In this document: piece by piece, positions 1 through 10,580 of the stretch
Layout: each line of letters starts with the position of its first letter
How positions within the stretch are numbered: position 1 is the first letter of the stretch
Source: a virus
Strand: one strand, 5' to 3'
DNA length: 64,000 nt
Virus record (IMG/VR): IMGVR_UViG_3300015263_000599
Location: 30,453-94,452 of that record
Notes under the pieces: generated by a model
Databases searched by the model: none
Told to the model about the DNA's origin: nothing
The model's input: the letters and a program-made list of their open reading frames with translations, nothing else
Program-made: the position numbers and the translations under genes

Positions 1-534
1 AGAAACCAATACAGTTGGTTCTTGTTTCTCGACAGCGATGCGTTTCCCATTCGCAAGAACTGGCTGTCAATACTTCAAGCCAAAATGACAGGCTATGATG
101 TGGCAGTGCCCATTCGGTTCGAAAATCTCGAACAACGACTACACGCATCCATTCTGCTTTCTCGGAAAGAAGGCTTAGAGAACCTTAACTTTGGCTCTCG
201 TAAAATTGGCACAGATCTTCTTAGAGGAGTCGAGAACGATGTGACTATTGGAAAGTATCAGGATGAATTCCGTAGTAAGGCTTATGTGCTTATGAGATCA
301 AACCAATACAACGTCAACCCTCTTCTTTGCGGCGTTTACTATGATATGTTCTACCACCATTGTTGCGGATCGGGTCGATCTTACAACATGCGTGGCAGGA
401 ATTATTGGAATCATGTGGCCCCAATGGGCACAGATGTCGGCAAGTTTACTGATGAGTTGATGGAAAACCCCAAGAAGTTCATTGCTAAGTTGGCCGGATG
501 GAATCCCGGAAGTTACCCTGCGGAGGAAAATTGA
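1..534 (+). CDS. Glycosyltransferase-like/hypothetical protein, 5'-truncated at window edge
   Basis: Frame open from base 1; hydrophobic strand plus DxD (WFLFLDSDAFPI) typical of GT-A folds; directly upstream of a sugar aminotransferase. Confidence 0.5.
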   Translation, partial: RNQYSWFLFLDSDAFPIRKNWLSILQAKMTGYDVAVPIRFENLEQRLHASILLSRKEGLENLNFGSRKIGTDLLRGVENDVTIGKYQDEFRSKAYVLMRSNQYNVNPLLCGVYYDMFYHHCCGSGRSYNMRGRNYWNHVAPMGTDVGKFTDELMENPKKFIAKLAGWNPGSYPAEEN

Positions 535-1655
535 ATATCCCAATGTTTAAGGTCTTCATGGCCGACGATGCCCCAGACCTCGTGAGAGATGTCCTTGTGT
601 CTGGGTATGTTGGACAGGGACCAAAAGTCGAAGAGTTTGAAGAGGGTCTGCGAGCATTCACCGGCAACCCTTATGTCTGCACCGTCAATTCCGGCACATC
701 CGCATTGCACTTGGCTCTACATCTGATCAAAGATGATAAAGAGCCTTGGCGTGACGAAGTTCTAACCACCCCTCTTACATGTACAGCCACAAACTTTCCG
801 ATCCTAGCAAATGGATTGAAGCTCAAGTGGGTGGACATCAACACCGAAACATACAATCTTGATCTCGATGATTTAAGACGCAAAATTTCAGAACGAACCC
901 GAGCCATCATGGTCGTCCATTGGGGCGGCTATCCGTTGGATCTCGACGAACTGCGAGACATCCAAGATGATTGTGAGCGGTTGTACGGTTTCCGCCCACC
1001 AATCATAGAAGACTGTGCCCACGCAATGGGGGCCACCTACAAGCGGAAGGTAGTCGGCAACCACGGCAACATCTGCATGTTCAGCTTTCAAGCCATCAAA
1101 CATCTCACAACCGTCGATGGCGGAATGCTTGTGTTGCCCAGCGACGATCTGTACCAGCGATCCAAGCTACTGCGGTGGTTTGGTCTGGACAGAACTCGGA
1201 GTGCTGACTTCCGCTGCGAACAGAACATCAAAGAGTGGGGATACAAGTTCCAGATGAATGACATGACGGCAGCAGTTGGCATTCGCAACCTTGTTCATCT
1301 TCCATGGATCTTACAACAACATCGAACCAACGGTCACTTCTTTGACGAACAACTGAAGTCGATCCCCGGCATCATGGGTGTGCAAGAGCACAAGCCTGAC
1401 AGAGAGTCAGCGTACTGGGTTTACACGATGTTGATCGATGACCGAGATGGGTTCATGCGAAAGATGAAAGAGAAGGGTATCGCTGTCAGTCGAGTTCATG
1501 ATCGCAACGACAAGCACGAGTGTCTTCGTGAGTATCGCACGTTGTTGCCCAACACTGATTACGTCTGTCGAAATATGTGCTGCATCCCGAGTGGTTGGTG
1601 GGTCGGCCAAGAAGAACGGGAATACATCTTGGATTGCATCAAGCAGGGGTGGTGA
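531..1655 (+). CDS. DegT/DnrJ/EryC1/StrS family PLP-dependent sugar aminotransferase
   Basis: Motifs VNSGTSALHLAL, IIEDCAHAMGA, FSFQAIKHLTTVDGG (PLP lysine), GYKFQMND; TTG start after GGAGG. Confidence 0.95.
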   Translation: MNIPMFKVFMADDAPDLVRDVLVSGYVGQGPKVEEFEEGLRAFTGNPYVCTVNSGTSALHLALHLIKDDKEPWRDEVLTTPLTCTATNFPILANGLKLKWVDINTETYNLDLDDLRRKISERTRAIMVVHWGGYPLDLDELRDIQDDCERLYGFRPPIIEDCAHAMGATYKRKVVGNHGNICMFSFQAIKHLTTVDGGMLVLPSDDLYQRSKLLRWFGLDRTRSADFRCEQNIKEWGYKFQMNDMTAAVGIRNLVHLPWILQQHRTNGHFFDEQLKSIPGIMGVQEHKPDRESAYWVYTMLIDDRDGFMRKMKEKGIAVSRVHDRNDKHECLREYRTLLPNTDYVCRNMCCIPSGWWVGQEEREYILDCIKQGW

Positions 1656-2146
1656 TGGTTTCATTCCGAAAATTGGAACGGGCCGACTTACCCCGACTTC
1701 TGAGCCTCAAGCTGGAGAGTTTTGAGACGACACACCATGTCACGATTGCGAACATGGAAGATCAGGAACGCTGGTTCAATTCTCTCGACCATCACGTTCA
1801 CACACCACGCAGTCTTGCGTTGATTGGTTCCTCAGAAGAGGCGTCTGATTTCGGTCTCATCAAAGTCACGGGAATCGACTGGGTAAGCCGCTCGGCTGAT
1901 CTGGCTTGGGATGTGTTCAAGGAGCACCGTGGCAAAGGTCTTGGCAAGCCACTTGTCACGGCTGGCGTCCGGTACTGCTTCGACATCCTCAATCTCAGAA
2001 GACTGACGGCGGAAGTGCTGGAAAACAACCCTGCCTCCACAAAGTGCGCACTTGCGGCTGGTTTTGTGCAAGAAGGCGTAAAAAGGGCTGCTGTCTTCAA
2101 AGGCAATGTCTACCTCAACAGCGTCGTTTACGGAGTTCTGAGGTAA
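1655..2146 (+). CDS. GNAT N-acetyltransferase (RimJ/PseH-like)
   Basis: HRGKGLGK acetyl-CoA motif, NPAS..ALAAGFVQEG; ATG overlaps upstream TGA. Confidence 0.9.
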   Translation: MVSFRKLERADLPRLLSLKLESFETTHHVTIANMEDQERWFNSLDHHVHTPRSLALIGSSEEASDFGLIKVTGIDWVSRSADLAWDVFKEHRGKGLGKPLVTAGVRYCFDILNLRRLTAEVLENNPASTKCALAAGFVQEGVKRAAVFKGNVYLNSVVYGVLR

Positions 2147-2160
2147 GTCAAAAATTTGGC

Positions 2161-2189
2161 TTTACAACCAAATCTCTTTCGGCTATAAC
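2161..2189 (+). promoter_or_regulatory. Sigma70-like promoter upstream of pyrE
   Basis: TTTACA-17 nt-TATAAC. Confidence 0.5.
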
Positions 2190-2220
2190 ATGTGCGACCC
2201 CTTCCTCACGGAGTTGGAAC

Positions 2221-2790
2221 ATGATCGAGACGCCGAAGAAAGACAAGCTGATCGCCGCTGTCAAAGAGTACGCTCTGGAGTTTGCCCCAGAGGGTCAACC
2301 CTTCATTCTGAAGAGCGGGGCTTCGTCGATGTTCTACCTCGACTGCCGCAATCTGCATCTCACCCCGGTTGGTCTGCATCTGGTCGTCTGCACGCTGTGG
2401 CAGATGATGTCATCGTTGAAGTTCGATGCTTTTGGTGGCCCATGTGTGGGGGCCGATCCGATCATCGGTGGACTCACCTTCTTTGCTGGGATGGCTCCCA
2501 GTCCTCAACGCTACACGGGCTTCATGATTCGTCCCGAATCCAAGGACCACGGCAAAGGTGGTCGGATTGTCGGGCCACTGAAGGAAGATGCACGTTGCAT
2601 CATCATTGAAGACGTGGTAACATCCGGTGGCTCATCAATTGGAGCCATTGAAGCAGTCGAAGATTTCGGGGCCAAAGTTGTCCACGTTTTCTCAGTAGTA
2701 GATCGACTGCAAGGAGGAGCGGAGCGTTTTGCAGAGAAGGGAATCCCGTACACACCGCTTCTTACAATCAACGATCTGGGAATTGCCTGA
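2221..2790 (+). CDS. pyrE: Orotate phosphoribosyltransferase
   Basis: FILKSGASSMFYLDCR, KDHG, PRPP-binding IIIEDVVTSGGS, VVDR. Confidence 0.92.
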   Translation: MIETPKKDKLIAAVKEYALEFAPEGQPFILKSGASSMFYLDCRNLHLTPVGLHLVVCTLWQMMSSLKFDAFGGPCVGADPIIGGLTFFAGMAPSPQRYTGFMIRPESKDHGKGGRIVGPLKEDARCIIIEDVVTSGGSSIGAIEAVEDFGAKVVHVFSVVDRLQGGAERFAEKGIPYTPLLTINDLGIA

Positions 2791-2802
2791 ACAGGAGCAA
2801 GG

Positions 2803-3291
2803 ATGCTTAAAAAGATCATATCAGGCGGTCAGACCGGAGCCGACATTGCTGGCTTAGAAGTCGCCAAGAAGTTTGGGTTACAAACTGGCGGCTGGATGCC
2901 CTTCGGCTTCAAGACTCTGGATGGCTGCAAACCAGAGTATGCGGAGATGTATGGCATCGTTCCGCACCACTCCTCAAGCTACGTCCCACGCACCCGGCTG
3001 AACGCCAAGACGGGAGACGGGACGATCCGCCTTGCCTACGACTTCGATTCAAAGGGAGAGGTGTGTACCTTACGAGCGATCAAAGATTTTGGAAAACCAC
3101 ATTTTGATGTCGATTTGAATGATCCGCCGCCCGTCGCTGACGTTATTGCATGGTTGGAAGAGCACAACATCGAGACATTGAATGTGGCAGGGAACTCGGA
3201 ACAAACTGCCGAGGGGACGCACGAGGCTGTCTCAGCGTACCTAACGGAATTACTGTCAGAATTAGGTCTCACGGATGCCAGAGGAAATTGA
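2803..3291 (+). CDS. SLOG-family 'putative molybdenum carrier' (cpYpsA-like) protein
   Basis: KIISGGQTGADIAGL, GGWMP.G, RTRLN..DGT, LNVAGN. Confidence 0.85.
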   Translation: MLKKIISGGQTGADIAGLEVAKKFGLQTGGWMPFGFKTLDGCKPEYAEMYGIVPHHSSSYVPRTRLNAKTGDGTIRLAYDFDSKGEVCTLRAIKDFGKPHFDVDLNDPPPVADVIAWLEEHNIETLNVAGNSEQTAEGTHEAVSAYLTELLSELGLTDARGN

Positions 3292-3439
3292 TGAAACATG
3301 CTCACATTGCGGAAAACGATACAACATCGAATGGACTGGCTACCGCCGAGACGGTCGGCACTTTTGCGGGAAACCTGAGTGCGAAGAGGATATGGAGAAG
3401 AGAGGCTTGAAAGAGCCAAAAAAGAAAGATAGGCGGTGA
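3275..3439 (+). CDS. Small Zn-finger protein (54 aa, not in ORF track)
   Basis: Manual translation MPEEIDETCSHCGKRYNIEWTGYRRDGRHFCGKPECEEDMEKRGLKEPKKKDRR; CxxC...FCxxxxC. Confidence 0.6.
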   Translation: MPEEIDETCSHCGKRYNIEWTGYRRDGRHFCGKPECEEDMEKRGLKEPKKKDRR

Positions 3440-3499
3440 ACTGATTCGCCGCAGTCGTGTCATGGATAAGACACGACTTCATCCACATGGACGTGAACA

Positions 3500-4030
3500 A
3501 TGGACAAAACACTGATCATCATGCGGGGACTCCCGTGGACCGGGAAATCCTATCGAGCAAAAGAACTGGCAGGCGACGACGGACTGATTTTCAGTACCGA
3601 TGACTATTGGTACGAAGTCAATAAACCGGACAAGCCCGACGAATACTCCTTCAACCCCCGGTTTTTGGGAGCCGCACACAAATGGAACATCCTGCGAGCA
3701 CAGCGGGCAATCGACATTGCCACTCCGCTCATTATCATTGACAATACGAATACCACGGCATCGGAGCCTCAGCCCTACGTCCAGTATGCTGACTGGCAGG
3801 AATACAAAATTTGTATTGAGGAGCCGACCAGTGAACGGTGGCAAGAGATTGCACAACTGCTCACCCGGAAACGTGACAACAAGAAGGAACTCAAGCAGTG
3901 GGCCGAAAAGCTCGCTGAAGGAAGCAAGGAAACCCACAAAGTTCCAGCGTGGGCAATCGAACGAATGATGTGGCGGTGGCAATGTGGCCTTACCGTCGAA
4001 CAAATTCTGGAATCCAAACCACCTCAGTAA
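3500..4030 (+). CDS. P-loop polynucleotide-kinase-like protein (AAA_33/N4BP2-like)
   Basis: IIMRGLPWTGKS, STDDY, IIIDNTN, THKVP..AIERM. Confidence 0.85.
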   Translation: MDKTLIIMRGLPWTGKSYRAKELAGDDGLIFSTDDYWYEVNKPDKPDEYSFNPRFLGAAHKWNILRAQRAIDIATPLIIIDNTNTTASEPQPYVQYADWQEYKICIEEPTSERWQEIAQLLTRKRDNKKELKQWAEKLAEGSKETHKVPAWAIERMMWRWQCGLTVEQILESKPPQ

Positions 4031-4047
4031 ACCAAGGGAGGGAAGTC

Positions 4048-5910
4048 ATGAAGCGACTAACATCCGTTGTCGCAATGCTCGTCGCATTGTTCTGCGTGGG
4101 CAATGCCCAAGCACAACAGCAAACCGCCAAGGGCCTCATCGGTGATGTGGCTGTTGGGCCACCGCCGACAACCACAGGGGAAGTCAACGTCCCGATCATT
4201 CTGTGGGGCGGCGAAGCTGCAACTTTCTGGGCCAATGGTGGAGTTTCAACAACCAACGACTCCATCTATGGTCAGTCCGGTCTCAAGATCAAGTTGACGC
4301 CGGGCGACGATTCCATTCAACAGGCGAGGGACTACATCAGCGGCAAGTCGCCAATGTATCGTGGCACCTATCGCATGGCGTGTCTCTTCGCCGAGCAATT
4401 CAACGCCGATGCTCGCACGAAACCCGTGATGATCATGCAACTCAGCTACAGTCTGGGCGATCACATGGTTGCCGTTGAACAGATCAAGACGTTGAACGAT
4501 TTGCTCAAGCCGCTCAATGGGAAGAAGGTGCGTGTCGCTCTGCAACAAGGCGGGCCGCACTTGGGACTCGTTGAAGACTCACTGAAGTCAGTTGGCGGCA
4601 AGTGGTCAGACATCGAAGTTGTCTGGACGAAGAACCTCACAGGGGATGACAGCCCGGCTGCTGCGTTGCGAGAAGGCAAATGCGATGTGGCTTGTGTTGT
4701 CACGCCTGACATGATCGGCCTTTGCTCTGGCATCGACCAGAAAGGTTCTGGTGCTGAAGGTACTGTCAAGGGATCGCATGTCGTTAACTCGACAGCCACG
4801 ATGAGCCGCTCGATTGCCGACGTGTACCTTGTCCGCAAGGACTTCTTTGATGCCAACAAGGAGTGGGTGCAGAAATTCGTCACCGGCTACTTGAAGGCAA
4901 CCGAAGCTGTCGTCACGGCTCGCAAGGATTACAGCGAGAGCAAGAAGGTTCCTCAGTACACAACCGTCATGACTCAGATGCAGACGTTCTTTGGAGCGGA
5001 AGCTCTGCCGACGATTGAAGAAGATGTTCACGGATTGATTCTGGACTGTGCCTTCGCACGCATCCCCGGCAACGAAGTCTTCTTCAACGACTCCAACAAT
5101 CTGACCGGCTTCGCTGCCAAGCAGACTTCTGGTTTGCAACTCGCCGTCGATCTCGGGTACTCGACTCAGAAGTTGGGATTCGAGACTGCTGGGTGGGATT
5201 ACAAGGCAATCTCAGAAGCGGCTGGCGTGAAGTACGTCAAACCCGTCTATGCGACAGGCCGTATTCGAGCCGAGGTTGCGGACTTTGGGAACGACTTGGA
5301 TAGCTCGACGATTTTCTCGTTCGAGATCAACTTCCAGCCTGAACAGACGACGTTCTCGCTGGAGACATACGCTTCCGACTTCAAGCGGTTCTGTGAAGCA
5401 CAGGCCACTTACGGAAACGCAGCCATCATCATCGAAGGCCACTCCGACCCTACGCTGGCACTCCAGCACTTCTATTGGTCGGCTCGGGCGGCAGGTTTGT
5501 TGACTGGCGACAACGGCCAGTACAAATTCAACGGACAACCTCTATCGCTGACGGAAACGTCTGCCATCATCAATGCCATCCAGAACACCAATCTGGCAGG
5601 TCAGAGACGTGTGGATAGTGATGGCAAGACGGTAGAAATTCCTGATCCGAAGACAACCGTTGCGGCGGCTCTGACACTTTCTCAATCACGAGCGACTTCT
5701 GTGAAGAAAGCGATTGAGGAGTTCGCCAAGAACAGTGGCTACCAAATTGACCTGTCGGCAGTGTTGCCGCACGGCGTCGGCATTGCTCAGCCCATCAACG
5801 CTCGTCCTCGAAACATGGCTCAGGCCAAGGAAAACATGCGAGTGGTTTTCCGAGTGGTTCGTGTCAAGGCTGAAGCTCTGTCCGAAGATGACTTCAACTT
5901 CGACAAATAA
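4048..5910 (+). CDS. NitT/TauT-type substrate-binding protein fused to C-terminal OmpA-like domain
   Basis: Signal peptide; SBP motifs (IKTLNDL..K, IADVYLVRKDF); OmpA motifs IEGHSD...LSQSRA..V...GVG...NMRVVF with an internal insert. Confidence 0.8.
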   Translation: MKRLTSVVAMLVALFCVGNAQAQQQTAKGLIGDVAVGPPPTTTGEVNVPIILWGGEAATFWANGGVSTTNDSIYGQSGLKIKLTPGDDSIQQARDYISGKSPMYRGTYRMACLFAEQFNADARTKPVMIMQLSYSLGDHMVAVEQIKTLNDLLKPLNGKKVRVALQQGGPHLGLVEDSLKSVGGKWSDIEVVWTKNLTGDDSPAAALREGKCDVACVVTPDMIGLCSGIDQKGSGAEGTVKGSHVVNSTATMSRSIADVYLVRKDFFDANKEWVQKFVTGYLKATEAVVTARKDYSESKKVPQYTTVMTQMQTFFGAEALPTIEEDVHGLILDCAFARIPGNEVFFNDSNNLTGFAAKQTSGLQLAVDLGYSTQKLGFETAGWDYKAISEAAGVKYVKPVYATGRIRAEVADFGNDLDSSTIFSFEINFQPEQTTFSLETYASDFKRFCEAQATYGNAAIIIEGHSDPTLALQHFYWSARAAGLLTGDNGQYKFNGQPLSLTETSAIINAIQNTNLAGQRRVDSDGKTVEIPDPKTTVAAALTLSQSRATSVKKAIEEFAKNSGYQIDLSAVLPHGVGIAQPINARPRNMAQAKENMRVVFRVVRVKAEALSEDDFNFDK

Positions 5911-5982
5911 TCATTCCTGTCCCCGTGCCGCAGTCACCCGCACGATTAGCTGCGGCACGGAGGACAGTTTCAGGAGACCCAC

Positions 5983-6390
5983 ATGGCAACTTCAACCAAA
6001 CCTATGATCCCCACCAAAGTCAAGCTGATTGGCGGCGGCATTCTGCTGGTCTTGCTGATCGGCTTGGGATATATCAAACTCGGCAACGTCACCTATTCAG
6101 AGGGCGAGCGGTCGGGCGTCATCACCAAGTTTTCCCACAAAGGGATGATGGTCAAAACGTGGGAAGGCGAACTGAACATGGGCGGCTTCGATCAAGGTGG
6201 AGTCGCAAGCGTGTGGCAGTTCAGTGTTGATGACCCTGAAGTTGTCACAAAGCTTCAAGAAGCTCAACGGGCCGGTGGTCGATGGACCCTGCATTACCGC
6301 CAACAGTTCATGGCTCAATCATGGAAGGGACAAACCGACTATTTCGTCATCGGGGTTGAACCCGCTGGCAATAACCCGAACCAACGCTAA
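5983..6390 (+). CDS. Single-TM membrane-anchored conserved hypothetical protein
   Basis: N-terminal TM then YSEGERSG.ITKFSHKG..KTWEGEL, WQFSV. Confidence 0.75.
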   Translation: MATSTKPMIPTKVKLIGGGILLVLLIGLGYIKLGNVTYSEGERSGVITKFSHKGMMVKTWEGELNMGGFDQGGVASVWQFSVDDPEVVTKLQEAQRAGGRWTLHYRQQFMAQSWKGQTDYFVIGVEPAGNNPNQR

Positions 6391-6405
6391 GGAAGGGAGT
6401 TCGAC

Positions 6406-7335
6406 ATGAGAAGTCTGATCCTCGCCGCCTTGGTGGTTTTAACTACCAGCGTGGCTCAAGCTCAGCAAACCGATTCAATCGTCATCGTGCTCGACACCTC
6501 GGGTTCGATGGGCGATTCAATGAGTGGTGGCAAGACTCGAATGCAGGTGGCTCAGGATTCACTGATCACCGTGTTGAAGAATACGCCACCCACTACAAAA
6601 GTTGGAATCCTCACCTTCGAGGGGTGGATTTATGATCTCCAGAAGGTCAACCAGCAACAACTTGAAGCGGCGATCCGAAGCACACGACCGGGCGGCGGAA
6701 CACCGTTGTATGAGTACCTTCGAGCGGGCGCAACCCGGTTGCTTGAAGAGCGACAGTCGCAGAATAACACCGGTTACTACAAGTTGATTGTCGTCACCGA
6801 TGGACAGGCTGGTGATGATAGCCTGAACCGTGAGAGTCGGTTCTCAGATGGATCGACAAAGCCCGGCGTTCTGACAGACATCATCAGCCGCAATCTGATC
6901 GTGGATGTCATTGCACTCGACATGGGCGAAGACCATGACCTGATGAGGCTGAACAACGGTGCCGACATGAAGGGGAACGACCCTGCCAGTCTCACTTCAT
7001 CGATCCGTAAGGCCGTCGCTGAGGTTGGTTTCGGCAACCAGAAAGACACGTCCGAATCTGCCTTCAAGGAATTGGACGGACTGCCTGACGATTTCTGTCT
7101 GGCTGCCATCAAAGGACTGACGACATTCCGCAATCATCCGATTGGAGAGAAGCCGCCAGTTCCGATTGTGCAAGCAGATGGAACAGTGACGATGCAGCCC
7201 GATCCTGCCAACGAAGCTGTTCCACCGCCCGGAGAGGGTGGGGGAATCGGAGGCATCCTTTTGATTGTCCTTGTCGCAGGGGTAGGAATTGTCTTCTTCC
7301 TTGTGATCCTCACCAAAGCAGGCCGGGGGTACTAA
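6406..7335 (+). CDS. Exported von Willebrand factor A domain protein with C-terminal TM anchor
   Basis: Signal peptide; MIDAS IVLDTSGSM, GGTPL, VVTDG; Pro-rich linker plus TM helix. Confidence 0.9.
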   Translation: MRSLILAALVVLTTSVAQAQQTDSIVIVLDTSGSMGDSMSGGKTRMQVAQDSLITVLKNTPPTTKVGILTFEGWIYDLQKVNQQQLEAAIRSTRPGGGTPLYEYLRAGATRLLEERQSQNNTGYYKLIVVTDGQAGDDSLNRESRFSDGSTKPGVLTDIISRNLIVDVIALDMGEDHDLMRLNNGADMKGNDPASLTSSIRKAVAEVGFGNQKDTSESAFKELDGLPDDFCLAAIKGLTTFRNHPIGEKPPVPIVQADGTVTMQPDPANEAVPPPGEGGGIGGILLIVLVAGVGIVFFLVILTKAGRGY

Positions 7336-7338
7336 ACC

Positions 7339-8895
7339 ATGAGCGATGACACGACGATGACGAAAGCACGCATCGTGGCAATGGCGATGATCTGGTTTTT
7401 CATCCTCGGTATCGTCGTGGTGGCGTGGAAGTTCTGGTGGGCTCCTCGACAGCAGGAGATTGCTCAGAACGAACAGGAGCAGCACGAGCAAGAAGTGCTG
7501 GACAGAACCAGTTCACAAAGCCGCTACAAGTACGAACTCAACTGGGCGATGGACGGGTTTTCCGGCTACGCCCCGTTCCGAAGCCAGATGTTTCGTGATG
7601 AGATGGGTCGCTTCGGCGGCAAAGTCAACATCATTGATGACAAGGCCAACTACACCGAACGTCTGGGCAACCTCCAGAGCGGCAAGGTGGACATGGCTGT
7701 CTTTACCATCGACGCCCTTTACAAAGCATCCGCAGAGTTGGGAGACATCCCGGCCACGATTGTCGATTTCATCGATGAGACCAAGGGCGCAGATGCCATG
7801 GTCGGGCCGGGAGGATTATTCCCCAACATTGACTCCCTCAACGATCCTGATTTGAAGATTGTTTGCACTCCCGATTCGCCATCGGAGACGCTGGCACGGG
7901 TGGTGATGGCATACTTCAACCTGACCCACATCTCGGACAAGAACTTCGAGTTCGTTGATGGGGCAGCAGCGGTGTTCGACGCATACAAGAATTCGAAACC
8001 CACAGACAAGAAAGTCTTCGTGTTGTGGGAACCTTACGTCAGCCGCATTGTGTCCAACCCTGACTACCATGTCATTGTGGACTCATCGAAATTCCGTGGC
8101 TACATCGTCGATGTCATTGTGGTCAACAGAGACTTTCTGGTGAAGCACGAAGACATGGTGACGGAAGCCGTTAAGGCATATCGAACAACGATCTTCAACA
8201 ACCGTCGTTCGCCCGACATGGTTGCATTGGTGCAAGCAGATGCTCAACAAATTGGTGAGCCGGTGACTCAGGATCAGGCTGTGAAGTTGGTTGGAAACAT
8301 TTGGTGGAAGAACACACAAGAGAGTTTCGGCCACTTCGGTTTGACCAGCGGCACAGGGCTGCAACACATCGAGGATATCTGCAACAACATTGCTCGTGTG
8401 CTGGTGCGAACTGGTGCCATCCAAAGTGATCCGACAGGTGGGCAACCCAACAAGTTGTACTACGATGGCATCATGCGGAAGTTGTTCGACTCATCATGGC
8501 ATCCCGGATTCGCTCAAGAGACGGTGCGGAAAGAGAAGACTCTTGCCGTGCTGTCGGACGACGAATGGAAAGCCTTGAAGCCAGTCGGAACCTTACAAGT
8601 TCCACGACTGGTGTTTGCCAGAGGAACGGAACGCCTCTCAGATCGCAGCTTTGCGACACTCGACGAACTGGCAAACAAGCTGGAGTCGTGGCCGCAATAC
8701 TACTTGGTTGTGAGAGGCAACGTGTCTTCCGAAGGAGATGTGGATGCCAACCGCCAGTTGGCCCAATCTCGTGCAGATGCTACTATCGAGTATCTGGTTG
8801 GGAAGGGCGTGGCCCGACAGCGAATCCATGCTGAAACCAGTCATCCCAACGGTTCTTCTACAGTGGCCTTCATTCTGGGCGAAGTGCCGTACTAG
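7339..8895 (+). CDS. Membrane-anchored NitT/TauT-type substrate-binding protein with OmpA-like domain
   Basis: N-terminal TM; DETKGADA, LWEPY, IVDVIVV; C-terminal VFARGT...RGN...LAQSRA. Confidence 0.8.
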   Translation: MSDDTTMTKARIVAMAMIWFFILGIVVVAWKFWWAPRQQEIAQNEQEQHEQEVLDRTSSQSRYKYELNWAMDGFSGYAPFRSQMFRDEMGRFGGKVNIIDDKANYTERLGNLQSGKVDMAVFTIDALYKASAELGDIPATIVDFIDETKGADAMVGPGGLFPNIDSLNDPDLKIVCTPDSPSETLARVVMAYFNLTHISDKNFEFVDGAAAVFDAYKNSKPTDKKVFVLWEPYVSRIVSNPDYHVIVDSSKFRGYIVDVIVVNRDFLVKHEDMVTEAVKAYRTTIFNNRRSPDMVALVQADAQQIGEPVTQDQAVKLVGNIWWKNTQESFGHFGLTSGTGLQHIEDICNNIARVLVRTGAIQSDPTGGQPNKLYYDGIMRKLFDSSWHPGFAQETVRKEKTLAVLSDDEWKALKPVGTLQVPRLVFARGTERLSDRSFATLDELANKLESWPQYYLVVRGNVSSEGDVDANRQLAQSRADATIEYLVGKGVARQRIHAETSHPNGSSTVAFILGEVPY

Positions 8896-8912
8896 GAGTT
8901 TGGGGATGTTCA

Positions 8913-9650
8913 ATGAGCAAAGATTTACGCAAGCAGATTCTACTCGACCTGTTTATCACGCCAGCGACGGTGATCCCATTCCTGATCGGAGGGACGCTGT
9001 TGATGCTGTCGGCGATACTGGGCGGGTACTCGGCATTCCTTGGGTTTGTCGGGATTCTCCTGTCTTTTGGAGCTTTGTTGACTAACTGGGTATTCAACCT
9101 CGGAAAGATCAGCCGCAACGCCGTGAAGCGGTTGCACCAACAGGAGAAACAACAACGAGAAGCGGAACTAGATGCCCTCGATGCAAAACTCGTAACGAAT
9201 AAAGATCCACGGGATCAAACGGCTCTGCGAAATCTGCGAGCTTTATACAACTCGTTCTGTGACGATTTGCATGACGGCAAGGTCACTCGCAATGTGCCTC
9301 CAAAGCTGTTGCAGTTGATCGAAGAAATTTTCGGCGAGTGTGTGACCAATCTGAGTCGTGCATGGGACATCTGGAACACCTCTCGCAGCCTTCAAGGCGA
9401 TCTCAAAGAGAAGCTCTTGGAGCAGCGAGAAAACCTGATCGTAGAAGTTGAGAGCAGTGTCCACATCTTGGCAGAAACGATCAACGAAGTTCGGGCGTTG
9501 AAGCTGAAGACTGATGCGGGTGAAATGGAGCGTTTGAGGCAGAAACTTGTGTCTCAATTGCAGGTCGCTAAAGCGACAGAAGAAAGCGTGGCGTCACTCG
9601 ACGCAGAACTCAACTCGAAGAGTTACGACGAGTACGCCGATTACAAATGA
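8913..9650 (+). CDS. Two-TM membrane protein with helical cytoplasmic domain (XpaC-like, tentative)
   Basis: Two hydrophobic helices then long coiled-coil; co-oriented in operon. Confidence 0.6.
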   Translation: MSKDLRKQILLDLFITPATVIPFLIGGTLLMLSAILGGYSAFLGFVGILLSFGALLTNWVFNLGKISRNAVKRLHQQEKQQREAELDALDAKLVTNKDPRDQTALRNLRALYNSFCDDLHDGKVTRNVPPKLLQLIEEIFGECVTNLSRAWDIWNTSRSLQGDLKEKLLEQRENLIVEVESSVHILAETINEVRALKLKTDAGEMERLRQKLVSQLQVAKATEESVASLDAELNSKSYDEYADYK

Positions 9651-9724
9651 GTTGACCTTTACAGGCCAGTCTCGATCCCTACAATGGATCGGATGGCATC
9701 GCACGACAAAAGGAGATTGCGACG

Positions 9725-10516
9725 ATGGGACGATACTTCAAAGCCCTCTGGTACATGTTGACCGGGCGATTCAGTGCAGCAGCCGACGCACTGCAAAGCA
9801 ACAAGTATGTGATGGCGGCGACCTACGACAAGTCGATTGAGAAAGGTGCGGATCGTTTCAATACGGTGAAAGACGCCGTAGCGAAGCTGATGAGCATCGA
9901 GCAAGATCGGGTGGCTACCATCAAGACGCTCTCGGGGGATGTCGAGAGTCTGACGAAGAAGATGAATGGCGCACAAGTCGCCATGCAGAAGCGAATCAAC
10001 GCTCTCAAAGCCGAGGGCAAGACCAAGGAACAAATCGAGGCCGATGCCGAGTTCATCAAGCATCGTGGGGCCTTCATGGATATGAAGTCCACGATTGCTG
10101 AGAAGGATGCCCGGATCGGCGAACTCGAAGAAGACCTGAAGAACCGTCGCCAGCAGATCGCCACCTACAAGGCAGAACTGCAACAGATGCAACGTCAGCA
10201 AGCTTCTCTCAAAGAAGAGAAACACGAAGCTCTGGCCGACGTGGCGATTGCCGAACAGGCAGAAGCCATCAACTCTGTGCTGGCCGGTATCTCAGAAGAC
10301 ACTACAGACAAGGATTTGCAAGCAGCACGAGAAGCTCGTAAGGCAGCCAAAGCCAAAGCGGCAATCACCTCCGAACTGGCAGGTAACGATGCACGGCTGG
10401 CCGAGAACGAGTACCTTCAGTATGCTGCTGAATCTGAAGCTGACAGCGAGCTTGATGATCTGCTCGACTGGGGCGAGAGCGATTCGGAAATGAAGGATGT
10501 GCAAATCCCCGAGTAA
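9725..10516 (+). CDS. PspA/IM30 (ESCRT-III-like) coiled-coil protein
   Basis: N-terminal amphipathic helix MGRYFKALWYMLTGRF, long heptad helices, acidic C-terminus, ~260 aa. Confidence 0.65.
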   Translation: MGRYFKALWYMLTGRFSAAADALQSNKYVMAATYDKSIEKGADRFNTVKDAVAKLMSIEQDRVATIKTLSGDVESLTKKMNGAQVAMQKRINALKAEGKTKEQIEADAEFIKHRGAFMDMKSTIAEKDARIGELEEDLKNRRQQIATYKAELQQMQRQQASLKEEKHEALADVAIAEQAEAINSVLAGISEDTTDKDLQAAREARKAAKAKAAITSELAGNDARLAENEYLQYAAESEADSELDDLLDWGESDSEMKDVQIPE

Positions 10517-10580
10517 CTCAAGCCCAATCGACACGACCGGATGTTCCGGTCGAAACATCACCTACAAGGAGTGAAGGACA